Shown here: one piece after another, positions 19,178 to 27,473 of the stretch
Layout: the number at the start of each line of letters is the position of its first letter
Numbering within the stretch: the stretch's first letter is position 1
Assembly (NCBI GenBank): GCA_964291235.2
Contig: OZ219816.1
Span: 1,600,001-1,664,000, forward strand
Direction of reading: 5' to 3'
Source of the DNA: Vicinamibacteria bacterium
GTDB lineage: Bacteria; Acidobacteriota; Vicinamibacteria; Marinacidobacterales; Marinacidobacteraceae
Length of the DNA: 64,000 bases
The notes under the pieces: generated by a model
Databases searched by the model: none
The model's input: only the letters and a program-made list of their open reading frames with translations
Told to the model about the DNA's origin: nothing
Program-made: the position numbers and the translations under genes

Positions 19178-21250
19178 TCAGTTCCCTTCGGCCTCCGGCA
19201 GCGCCAGCGCCACGTAGGACTCCGGCACCCGGCCCTGCTGGCCGGTCTGCACCACGATGTACTGCTTTCCCTCGTGCATGTAGGTCATCATCCCGTACAT
19301 CCCGGGCGCCGGCAGCTCCACCGAACCGACCCGTTCGCCAGTCCGCTTGTTGTGAGCATGCACCACCGGCTTGCCCCGCATGCCCTCGGTCGTCAGCAGT
19401 AGATCGCCGCTCACCATGAGGATGGAGCGGCCCTGGCCGCCGACCGTGGAGAGATCCTTCCCCTCGAGCGCGGGATGGTTCTTGATCCGGTCGTTGGGCT
19501 CGCCGACGGGAATCCACCAGAGGTGTTCGCCGGTGTTCATGTCGATTGCGGTCACCCGGCTATAGGGCGGCTTGTAGATGGGCAGCCCCTCCGGACCCGC
19601 GATCCCGATCGCCCGGTAGTTGACCCAGTCCGCGACCATCTCACCGATGGTGGTGCACTTGCCGCTCGGCGAGGTGCACTCGTGCTCCGGCCGGTCGGCG
19701 TCCACCCCTGGCTGCACGATACGTCCCGAGCAGGCCGGGCCGGAGGACTGGTAGAGGATCCCGGTCGCGGGGTCGAGCGCGGCCGGGTGGGTGATGTTGA
19801 CCGCGGAGTGGACGCCGCAGGCGATCCACCCCTTGTTCTCGTCGTATCCCTTGGGAATCGGAGGCATGTAGGGGCCGCCGACCGTGTACTGGGAGACGAT
19901 CTCGATGGCCTTTTGCCGCAGTTCCGGGGTGTAGTCGATCAGGTTGTCCTCGCTGAGGTCGAGCATCTCGACCGGTGCGGGCTTCGTCGGGACCGGCTGG
20001 GTCGGAGACAGCTTTTCGCCCGGCACGATGGACTGCGGAACCGGCTGCTCTTCAATGGGCCACACCGGCTCGCCCGTCTCCCGGTTGAATGCGAAGGTGT
20101 AACCCTGCTTGGTGGTCTGGATCGCCATCGGCACCTTCTCGCCGTTCACCTCCACATCCACCAGGATCGGGACGTTCGGGAGATCGTGGTTCCAGATCGG
20201 GTGGTGGGTGGTCTGGAAGTGCCAGACCCGCTCCCCGGTCTGCGCGTTGAGCGCGATCACACTGGTCCCGAACAGGTTGTCCCCGGGCCGGAACCCGCCG
20301 TAGAAGTCGATGGTCGGCGCGTTGGTGGGGATGTACACGATGTCCCGCTCGAGGTCGGCCGACAGCGGAGCCCACGAGGAGACGTCCCCGGTCCACTTCC
20401 AGGCGTCGTTCTCCCAGGTGCTGGCGGCGAAGTCGTCCTCCGAGCGCGGGGTGACGTTGAACTTCCACTTGAAGTCGCCGGTGCGGGCGTCGAACGCGAG
20501 GATGTCGCCGGGAACGTTCTCGATGCGGGTCTGGTGGTATCCCTGCGCGTGGGAGTTCCCCACCACGATGGTCCCGTTCACCACGATCGGGGGCGAGGAA
20601 TTCGTGATGTACCCGACGGTGGGGGCCAAACCCTCGTAGGGGTCGTAGTTGTAGCCGAAGTGGGCGAGGAGGTCCACGACGCCGGTCTTCGGGAATCCCG
20701 GGATGTCCACCGGGGCGCCGAAGCCTTCGATGTGTTCCCCGGTCTCGCCGTCGAACGCGTGCAGGAAGAACCCTGGCGAGACCACGTAAATGACGACCTT
20801 CCCGTCGATCTCGGCGTAGGCGACGCCCTTGCCGTAGCTCGAGCGCATCGACTCCTCCCAGCGCCGCGTGGTGGGTTCGGTGTAGGTCCACAGGGTCTCA
20901 CCGCTCACCGGGTCCATCGAAACCACCGCCCGCCGGTAGCCCACCACGGTGTAGAGCTTGCCGTTGATGTAGCTCGGGGTGGACTTCGAGAGAAAGCTCG
21001 GCTTCGGCCCGAAGTTGTCGCCCCGCCACATCCAGGCGACCTCCAGGTCGCTGAAATTGTCCGCGTTGATGTCGTTGAGCGGCGAGGAGCGGGTTCCCCA
21101 GGCGTCTCCACTCTGGTAACGCCATTCCCCCTCGGGCATATCGCGGTTTTGCGCCACGAGGGGCACCGCCAGCAGCAGCGCGACGGCCAGGATGCCGGCG
21201 ATCCGCGCGGGGCGTTTCCGGGGCGCGCAAACAGGGCTCAATCGGGTCAT
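19178..21250 (-). CDS. Secreted PQQ-binding beta-propeller protein, quinoprotein glucose dehydrogenase-like
   Basis: Signal peptide, Trp-docking repeats (SGETLW, TGDFKWKF, TGERVWHFQ, TGEHLW), PGDNLF, KPPYSRVTAIDMNTG, MTYMHEGKQYIVV; GGAGG upstream of ATG 21250. Confidence 0.88.
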   Translation of the reverse strand: MTRLSPVCAPRKRPARIAGILAVALLLAVPLVAQNRDMPEGEWRYQSGDAWGTRSSPLNDINADNFSDLEVAWMWRGDNFGPKPSFLSKSTPSYINGKLYTVVGYRRAVVSMDPVSGETLWTYTEPTTRRWEESMRSSYGKGVAYAEIDGKVVIYVVSPGFFLHAFDGETGEHIEGFGAPVDIPGFPKTGVVDLLAHFGYNYDPYEGLAPTVGYITNSSPPIVVNGTIVVGNSHAQGYHQTRIENVPGDILAFDARTGDFKWKFNVTPRSEDDFAASTWENDAWKWTGDVSSWAPLSADLERDIVYIPTNAPTIDFYGGFRPGDNLFGTSVIALNAQTGERVWHFQTTHHPIWNHDLPNVPILVDVEVNGEKVPMAIQTTKQGYTFAFNRETGEPVWPIEEQPVPQSIVPGEKLSPTQPVPTKPAPVEMLDLSEDNLIDYTPELRQKAIEIVSQYTVGGPYMPPIPKGYDENKGWIACGVHSAVNITHPAALDPATGILYQSSGPACSGRIVQPGVDADRPEHECTSPSGKCTTIGEMVADWVNYRAIGIAGPEGLPIYKPPYSRVTAIDMNTGEHLWWIPVGEPNDRIKNHPALEGKDLSTVGGQGRSILMVSGDLLLTTEGMRGKPVVHAHNKRTGERVGSVELPAPGMYGMMTYMHEGKQYIVVQTGQQGRVPESYVALALPEAEGN

Positions 21251-21329
21251 CTGGATCCTCCCGAGGTTGTGAGAACGGTGAATCGTAAGGCTTTCACCAA
21301 CGCGCCGAAAGTCTGGAAGTTCCCCTCGG

Positions 21330-23396
21330 CTACCGCAGGACGTCCAGCAGATTCGAATGGTCATCGGTCCAGAGGAACCGGCTGCCGGGTTCGGCAGCCT
21401 CCCCGGTCCAGGGTTCCGCCCGCCCGAGCAGACTCGGATCGGTGATGAGATCGGCGTTCAGACTCAGCACGACCCAGGTCGCGGTGTAACGGAACGCTTC
21501 CGGTTCGGGATCGCTCACGGTCAGCAGCGACAGCAGGTCCAGGCGAAGACCCTGAGCGCGGATCACCGGGGCGAGATCCACGTGACGGTTCGAAATGTGG
21601 ACCGCGATCGTGCCCCCGGGAGCCAGTCGGCTCCGGTAGAGGTCGAACGCCTCGGCGGTGAGCAGATGGACCGGGATGGCGTCCCCCGCAAAGGCGTCGA
21701 GCACGATCACGTCGAACTCCGGTTCCCCGGCCTCATCTTCCCGCGCCAGACTCAGCCGGCCGTCGCCGAGTTCCACCTCCACCTCCGCCAGCGTATCGGT
21801 GAGGAAGGTGAAGAACCCGTGCGCCGCGTCCACCACCTGCGGATCGATCTCGTAAAAGCGGAACAGATCCCCGCGCCGCCCGTGGACCGCGATGGAACCG
21901 GTCCCGAGGCCGACGACCGCCACCCGGAGCGGCCGCACCAGCCGCCGGTGCGGATGCCGGTTCAGGACCGCCTCGATGCCGGTGCCCTCGTAGTAATAGA
22001 GAGTCGGTTCGCGGCGGCGGCCGGGAGCGAACCACTGGGAACCGTGGGCGATCCCGCCGTGCCACATGTCGCGCCGCCACTCCGGGGTGCCCGGATAGGC
22101 CTCCATCACCCGAACCACGCCGAAGAAGTTCCGGGTCGCGGTCAGCGGACGCCGGTGCTCGAGCGCGCTGATCGCGATGGCGATCCCGAGCGTCGCCGCG
22201 GGAACCGCCTTCCACGCGAAAGCCCCCCGCCCCTTCACGGTGGGCCGGCCGACGACAAAGCCGACCACTACGGCGAGCACCAGCGCGAGCGGGTACTCCC
22301 AGACGTTCGGGAACAACAACGGACTGGCAACCGAGGCGAAGAGTCCGCCGAGAGCTCCCCCGGCGGTCATGGACAGATAAAAGCCGGTGAGCCGGGACGG
22401 CTCCGGCTTCCGGCGGGCGATTTCGCCGTGGATGACCCAGCAGCCGGTGAACAGGAACGCGAGCGCGGCGGCCGCGTGCGCGAGCAGGGCGCTGTCCAGG
22501 CCGTAGGTGATGTCCTGGAACCACACGTAAAAGCACGCCGCCACCGAGATGAGCAGGAGCGGCACGAGGAACCGCCGGGGATAGGGGTCTCCGCCCCGGA
22601 AGGCGAGGATGAACGTCAGCAGGTAGAGGGCGAGGGGCGCGATCCAGAGGAACGGAACCGCCGCGACGTCCCGGGTCAGATGCGTCGTAACCGCAACCAG
22701 CGCCAGGGAGCCGGCAGCCGCGAGCAGGCACGGTGAGACCTGGAAGCGCGCGGGGCCGACCCGGTCGGGCGCCGCCGCACCTTGTCCCCGCGCGGAGAGC
22801 AGGCCCGCGAGGATCGTGACGGTAGCCAGGATGAGGAACCCGCCGGACCACAACCTCGCCTGTCCGACCAGGCCCAGAAGAGGCTCGAGCAGCAGCGGAT
22901 AGAGGAGGAGACCAATGAGGGATCCGGCGTTCGAGAGCGCATAGAGCCGGTAAACATCCGGCGGCGCCTGACCGGTTGCTTCCCTACCGACCCCCCGAGC
23001 CACCCACGCGGACACCAGCGGGGTGGTCGCGGCGAGCGCGAAGAAACCCGGTCCCAGCGTCACCAGCAGAGTGAGGAGAATCCAGCCCGCGGGAGCTTCT
23101 CCACCCTCCGGAGCCCAGCCCGCCGCGGGGAGGGGCGGCAGACAGAGCAGGGCGGCGACGGCCAGCACGACGGCGTGCACCGCGGCCTGAAGCCGGGGCG
23201 TCAGTCGGGTCACCAGCAGGTGCGCATACAGGTACCCGCCCAGCAGCACCGTCTGAAAGAAGAAGAGCGCGACCGCCCACACCATCGGCGCCCCGCCGTA
23301 CCAGGGGAGGAGGCTCCGCGCCGAAAGCGGCTGGACCAGGAAGAGCAGCAGCGCGCCCAGAAAGACGGCGGCGCCGGAGAGCCAGATTCTGCCCAT
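21330..23396 (-). CDS. Fused MFS-like membrane domain / spermidine synthase-like SAM-dependent transferase
   Basis: LLFLVQPL, LPWYGG, YRLYALSNAGS, RNFFG, VVGLGTGS, YEIDP, GDGRLSL, DAFAGDAIPVHLLT, WTDDHSNL. Confidence 0.9.
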   Translation of the reverse strand: MGRIWLSGAAVFLGALLLFLVQPLSARSLLPWYGGAPMVWAVALFFFQTVLLGGYLYAHLLVTRLTPRLQAAVHAVVLAVAALLCLPPLPAAGWAPEGGEAPAGWILLTLLVTLGPGFFALAATTPLVSAWVARGVGREATGQAPPDVYRLYALSNAGSLIGLLLYPLLLEPLLGLVGQARLWSGGFLILATVTILAGLLSARGQGAAAPDRVGPARFQVSPCLLAAAGSLALVAVTTHLTRDVAAVPFLWIAPLALYLLTFILAFRGGDPYPRRFLVPLLLISVAACFYVWFQDITYGLDSALLAHAAAALAFLFTGCWVIHGEIARRKPEPSRLTGFYLSMTAGGALGGLFASVASPLLFPNVWEYPLALVLAVVVGFVVGRPTVKGRGAFAWKAVPAATLGIAIAISALEHRRPLTATRNFFGVVRVMEAYPGTPEWRRDMWHGGIAHGSQWFAPGRRREPTLYYYEGTGIEAVLNRHPHRRLVRPLRVAVVGLGTGSIAVHGRRGDLFRFYEIDPQVVDAAHGFFTFLTDTLAEVEVELGDGRLSLAREDEAGEPEFDVIVLDAFAGDAIPVHLLTAEAFDLYRSRLAPGGTIAVHISNRHVDLAPVIRAQGLRLDLLSLLTVSDPEPEAFRYTATWVVLSLNADLITDPSLLGRAEPWTGEAAEPGSRFLWTDDHSNLLDVLR

Positions 23397-23403
23397 GGGA
23401 AGG

Positions 23404-23490
23404 GTCAACAGCCTGTGGTGAAGCGCACGCGAGCACCGAGGCACCCACCGGGAGAACCAAGCCACGTGACTTTGTCCACAGGCTGCTTAA
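23404..23490 (-). repeat. MITE/REP-like element copy 1 (degenerate), terminal inverted repeats
   Basis: CAGCCTGTGG (23409-23418) and CCACAGGCTG (23476-23485) are inverted; the reverse complement aligns with the element at 24136-24207. Confidence 0.6.
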
Positions 23491-23503
23491 AATACGGGCT
23501 GTT

Positions 23504-24094
23504 ATGAAGAAGCGTCGATCGCCCCGCTCCTCCGGAGCTTCTCGTCCCGGCAACCCTCCGGCCTCCCCGCCAACCATCAAACCGGCTGTGGCGCAGAAGG
23601 GATGGGGCGCTGCCCCGATCCTCGCGATCGGCCTGCTGGTGGCCGGCGCCGCGGTGTTTTTCGTCGCCACCTTCGAGGACTCCACGGTGGAGAGCAGCCT
23701 GCAGCCGGCCTCGGACCTGTCCGCTTCCGCCTACAACCTCGGAAACCAGGCCGCGAAACCCTTTCCCTACTACGACTCGGTGGAGGAGGCGCGCCCCTTC
23801 CCGGTGACGCTCCCGCCGAACACGTACACGAACGAGACGCTGCAGACGACCTACCAGATCGCCAAGGAGATTCCCGAAGTACTGGTTCAGTTGCCGTGCC
23901 TTTGCGGGTGCCACGGCGCCTCCGAGGATCACGGGAGCCTCCTCGACTGCTACGTGGACAACCACGCGGCCACTTGAAGCACCTGTCTCCAGGAGGTCCT
24001 CCTGGCTGAGCAGATGCACGAAGACGGAGCGAGTGCCGACGAAATCCGCGAGGCGATCTACGAACACGAGTTCACGGAAATCCCGCTGAGGTAG
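23504..24094 (+). CDS. PCYCGC/CYCXC-family membrane-anchored protein, probable selenoprotein (TGA 23975-23977 read as Sec)
   Basis: TM anchor, LPCLCGC, HGSLLDCY, then HAAT-TGA-STCLQE; frame stays open with family-like sequence (LQEVLLAEQMHEDGASADEIREAI) to TAG 24092-24094; SECIS-like hairpin 11 nt after TGA. Confidence 0.85.
23989..24005 (+). promoter_or_regulatory. Putative bacterial SECIS element
   Basis: CCAGGAG-GTC-CTCCTGG perfect 7-bp stem starting 11 nt after the in-frame UGA, G at the start of the apical loop. Confidence 0.7.
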
Positions 24095-24135
24095 CGCGAA
24101 CCGCCGGGAGGCACGGCGTTTCGGCCCCGCTTTCG

Positions 24136-24207
24136 GCTAGCAGCCGGCGGACAAGGTCACGCGGCGCAGTTCTCGGTGGTCACGCCCCTTGGCCACCGGC
24201 TGCTAGC
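24136..24207 (+). repeat. MITE/REP-like element copy 2 with 21-bp terminal inverted repeats and CTAG ends
   Basis: GCTAGCAGCCGGCGGACAAGG ... CCTTGGCCACCGGCTGCTAGC (19/21 match); CTAG at 24137-24140 and 24203-24206. Confidence 0.7.
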
Positions 24208-24628
24208 GCTCCCGCCAGTAGAGCGGATTCGGCCGGTACCGGGGGTACGCCCAGGGCAGTTCGTCCATGAGATCGTCCGCGCCGGGAACGGACGCCGCGT
24301 CGCCGGCGGGCGCACCCGCCGAGTTTCCCGAAGGAGCACGCGGGCCGTGCTCTTCCTCAAGGTAGTCGAGCACCTTCTCCTGAACATCGGACTCGAGCGG
24401 CGGCATTCCCATACCGATCATCATGTCGAGAACCTCTTCCCACTGCTCGCGGTCGAGGCGTGCGGACCGGATGTAACTGTCGTCGTGACAGAAAAAACAG
24501 TTCTCTTCAACGAGTGCCCGGCCTTCGTCCTGCTGGCCGAAGGCGCGCGGAGTGCTGCGGTCGTCCGGTTCGGCGAAGGCGAGGAGCGGCAGTGCCGCGA
24601 ACACGACAGCGAGCAGCGGACGTTTCAT
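24203..24628 (-). CDS. Monoheme cytochrome c (SorB-like partner of the sulfite dehydrogenase)
   Basis: Signal peptide, CFFCH, W...LDMMIGMGM; starts 1 nt after the Mo-enzyme stop. Confidence 0.85.
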   Translation of the reverse strand: MKRPLLAVVFAALPLLAFAEPDDRSTPRAFGQQDEGRALVEENCFFCHDDSYIRSARLDREQWEEVLDMMIGMGMPPLESDVQEKVLDYLEEEHGPRAPSGNSAGAPAGDAASVPGADDLMDELPWAYPRYRPNPLYWRER

Positions 24629-24629
24629 T

Positions 24630-25829
24630 TCACGAAACCGTGACCGCAATGCGATGCATCGCGTTGTTCAGGTAACCGCGCGGGTTCCAGCCCGGCACGA
24701 CCATCGGTTGCTGGCGTCCCCGGTGGTCCGTCGCTCGCGCCCAGACCTCGTAGTGTCCTGGAATGTCAAACGCTACGGAACCCTCAAAACGCTGCCAGGC
24801 GAACGGGTTCTCGGGTTCCTCCAGCCGGCATTCGAGCCACGTCGCCCCGAAATCGACGCTCAGGTGCATCGCGTTCACCGGGCCGTCGCCGGCCCAGGCC
24901 CAGCCGCGCAGAGCGAGCGAACTCGCGACCGCGTGGCGGACGCCGGTCTGGGGCCGGGTGATGATGGATTTCACCGGCATGGGGCCGATGATTTCCATGT
25001 CCTCCTCCGGCACGTCGGTCCCGGGGGCCACCGGATACCGGGGTACGCGGTAGGAAAAGCCCGTCATTTTCGGACCATCGTGCACTTGATCGCGAACCCA
25101 GAGCCGCCGTAGCCACTTGCCGCTCGCTGACGCGGGGTAGCCCGGCGCCACGACTCGCAGCGGGAAGCCGTGGTGGGGCGGCAACGGTTCGCCGTTCATT
25201 TCCCACGCGAGCAGGGTGGAGTCGTCCATTGCCTTGGACAGCGGAACCCCTCGGGAGATCGGAACGTCTTCGGGATTTCCGCTCAGATGCGGATCCTCGC
25301 CGTAGTACGCGACAAAGACAGCGGTGTCGAGCACTCCGGCGGCAGCAAGCACGTCCCGGAGACGAACCCCGGTGTAGCGCGCACAGCCCACGGCGCCGAG
25401 CCACCACTGATTGCCCGCCGCTCCCGGCTCGAAGGCCGCCCGCCCGTTTCCCGCGCATTCGAGGACGAGGGACCGGGTCACGTTCTCGAAGCGCGACTTG
25501 AGATCGTCGAGCGACAGGTCCAGCACTTTTCCGACCTCGCCGTCGATCGTGAGCGACCAGCCTTCGAGATTGCCGGACCGCGCCCGCTCCGGCAGCGCGC
25601 CGTTGTTGCGGACGAAGTGCTTGTCGTTGGGCGTGTTGCGCGGGTCGAGATCGGCCACCAGGGTCTCGGCATTGACCGGACGCTCGCTCAGAATGCGGAG
25701 GCCACTCTTCCCGAAGACCGTGCCGCCACCCTGGGCGGCCGCCCGCTCGAGGGCGAGGGCGCTCGCGCCGGCGGCTCCCGGAACCGACCCGAGGAACCGC
25801 CGTCTCGACAGGAGATGGAGAGGTTTCAT
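24630..25829 (-). CDS. Tat-exported sulfite oxidase-family molybdoenzyme (SorA/SorT-like sulfite dehydrogenase)
   Basis: SRRRFL Tat motif, FVRNNG, LECAGNGR (Mo-ligand Cys), MNGEPLPPHHGFPLR, SGKWL, C-terminal dimerisation domain WNPRGYLNN. Confidence 0.92.
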   Translation of the reverse strand: MKPLHLLSRRRFLGSVPGAAGASALALERAAAQGGGTVFGKSGLRILSERPVNAETLVADLDPRNTPNDKHFVRNNGALPERARSGNLEGWSLTIDGEVGKVLDLSLDDLKSRFENVTRSLVLECAGNGRAAFEPGAAGNQWWLGAVGCARYTGVRLRDVLAAAGVLDTAVFVAYYGEDPHLSGNPEDVPISRGVPLSKAMDDSTLLAWEMNGEPLPPHHGFPLRVVAPGYPASASGKWLRRLWVRDQVHDGPKMTGFSYRVPRYPVAPGTDVPEEDMEIIGPMPVKSIITRPQTGVRHAVASSLALRGWAWAGDGPVNAMHLSVDFGATWLECRLEEPENPFAWQRFEGSVAFDIPGHYEVWARATDHRGRQQPMVVPGWNPRGYLNNAMHRIAVTVS

Positions 25830-26190
25830 GGGCCGGGGATGCTAACCGACGCCCGGGCCTTCCCGGAGGAATCCCGCCGGTATCCCTCCGGGTCGGAGAC
25901 GATCGCCTTCTGCCTGCGTGCGCTACACTGGTTTCCGGTTCGTTTCGCGAGGCGCGCGGGACGTCCCGACCAGTTCCGATTTCGGTCGGAGCCGGCCCTG
26001 CAGTCGGGTGGCTTCCATAACGCAGATCGCTCTGGTCCTTTTGCTTGTTTCGCCGTAAGGCCTTGACGGCCCGGCGCAGACGACGCCGCAAGCCGGGAAG
26101 CTGACACAGCCTCGCTTCCCGCCGACCTTTCGGGGCGGACCTTGGTTCGCCCCGAACCTCCTCTCGGACCGTTGAACAACGCCATTTCCC

Positions 26191-26757
26191 ATGCCCACAC
26201 CGCCGAACGGCTACGCCGTCACGGACTCCAAGCCGGCGGGAGAGGTGTACCTGGAAAGCGCGCGCTTCGAATTCACACGGCTGCGCCGCCTCGCTGAGGC
26301 GGCCATTCGGCAGGTTCCGGAAGGCGCCGCGCTGCATCGGCGGTCGTCCGAGGAAGCCAACTCCATCGGAATCCTGATCCGCCACCTGGCCGGCAACATT
26401 CGGTCTCGCTGGACGGATTTTCTGACCACGGACGGGGAAAAGCCGGATCGCAATCGCGACTCGGAGTTCGAGCCCTGCGACCACCTGAGCAGGGAGGACC
26501 TGCTCTCCGAATGGGACGGCGCGTTCGCGCTCATCGACGAGGTGCTGTCCGGGCTCCGGCCTTCAGACCTTGGACGAACCGTCTTCGTCCGCGGCGAGGC
26601 GTTCCTCGCCCAGGAAGCTATCCAGAGGCAGGTCATCCACCTTGCCTACCACGTTGGCCAGATCGTCCTGCTGGCTCGCGCAGCTACTCCGGAATGGATT
26701 TCGCTTTCCATTCCGCGCGGAGCAAGCCCCGACTTCCGGAGGCAGTACAAGAAATGA
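26191..26757 (+). CDS. DUF1572 / DinB-superfamily protein
   Basis: NSIGILIRHLAGN..SRWTDFLTTDGEKPDRNRDSEF, HLAYHVGQIV. Confidence 0.9.
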   Translation: MPTPPNGYAVTDSKPAGEVYLESARFEFTRLRRLAEAAIRQVPEGAALHRRSSEEANSIGILIRHLAGNIRSRWTDFLTTDGEKPDRNRDSEFEPCDHLSREDLLSEWDGAFALIDEVLSGLRPSDLGRTVFVRGEAFLAQEAIQRQVIHLAYHVGQIVLLARAATPEWISLSIPRGASPDFRRQYKK

Positions 26758-27404
26758 GATTCCCGGCCCCCGACACTCCCCCACCGATCCGTCCGGCGCG
26801 CCCTGCGGCGCTCGTCGTTTTGGGCCTCCTCGCGGGCGGCTGCGCCGGTACCAACCGGCCGGCGGCCACGCCGCCGGACCTCGCCGAGGTCGGTGAGGCG
26901 TCCTGGTACGGAATCGAAGAGCGCGGCCGTCCCACTGCCAGCGGCGAACCCATGGATCCCGCGGCGCTCACCGCCGCGCATCGGACCCTGCCGTTCGGCA
27001 CCATCGTGGAAGTGATGAACGTCGAAACGGGCGCCACCGTCCACGTTCGCATCAACGACCGCGGCCCCTTCGTAGGGTCGCGTGTAATCGACCTGTCCCA
27101 CGAGGCCGCGCGCCGCCTCGGTATGCTGAGGATGGGCGTCGCGGAGGTGCGGCTGAGTATTCAGAGCGTTCCGCCGCGGACGCCGTTCACCGTACAGGTT
27201 GCCGCTTTCGGCCGGCGCCAGGCCGCGGAGGATTTCTCCAGGAAACTCCGCGCCGACGGGTATTCGGGAGTTGAGATTACCCGCGGGGAGGGCGTTCACC
27301 GGGTCCGGGTCGGCCGCTTCCTGAAGCGCTCGGATGCTGAACTGACGGCGCGGGCGCTGAAGGGCAATGGGTACGAGGCCCTGGTGGTTCAGGTCCAGCT
27401 CTGA
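26754..27404 (+). CDS. rlpA: Septal ring lytic transglycosylase RlpA (DPBB + SPOR), lipoprotein
   Basis: Lipobox LAGGC, GEASWYG, TASGE, TAAHRTLPFG, VRINDRGPF, IDLS; C-terminal SPOR (VQVAAF, HRVRVGRF). Confidence 0.93.
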   Translation: MRFPAPDTPPPIRPARPAALVVLGLLAGGCAGTNRPAATPPDLAEVGEASWYGIEERGRPTASGEPMDPAALTAAHRTLPFGTIVEVMNVETGATVHVRINDRGPFVGSRVIDLSHEAARRLGMLRMGVAEVRLSIQSVPPRTPFTVQVAAFGRRQAAEDFSRKLRADGYSGVEITRGEGVHRVRVGRFLKRSDAELTARALKGNGYEALVVQVQL

Positions 27405-27444
27405 TCGAGTTCCAGGTCGAATCCCGAATCGTCGTCTCGCCCGT

Positions 27445-27472
27445 CGTTTTCCACCTCCGCGCCGGGAAAACG
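27445..27472. terminator. Possible terminator hairpin between convergent genes
   Basis: CGTTTTCC ... GGAAAACG 8-bp inverted repeat between the rlpA stop and the stop at 27474; no clear U tract. Confidence 0.3.
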
Positions 27473-27473
27473 G

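Noticed and set aside
23472-23480. TTGTCCACA DnaA-box-like 9-mer
   Set aside because: Single copy inside the repeat end; no box cluster or dnaA/dnaN nearby.
25830-26190. Moco riboswitch upstream of the molybdoenzyme
   Set aside because: Could not find the characteristic GCCUCC...GGAAAGG 3' elements on the minus strand.
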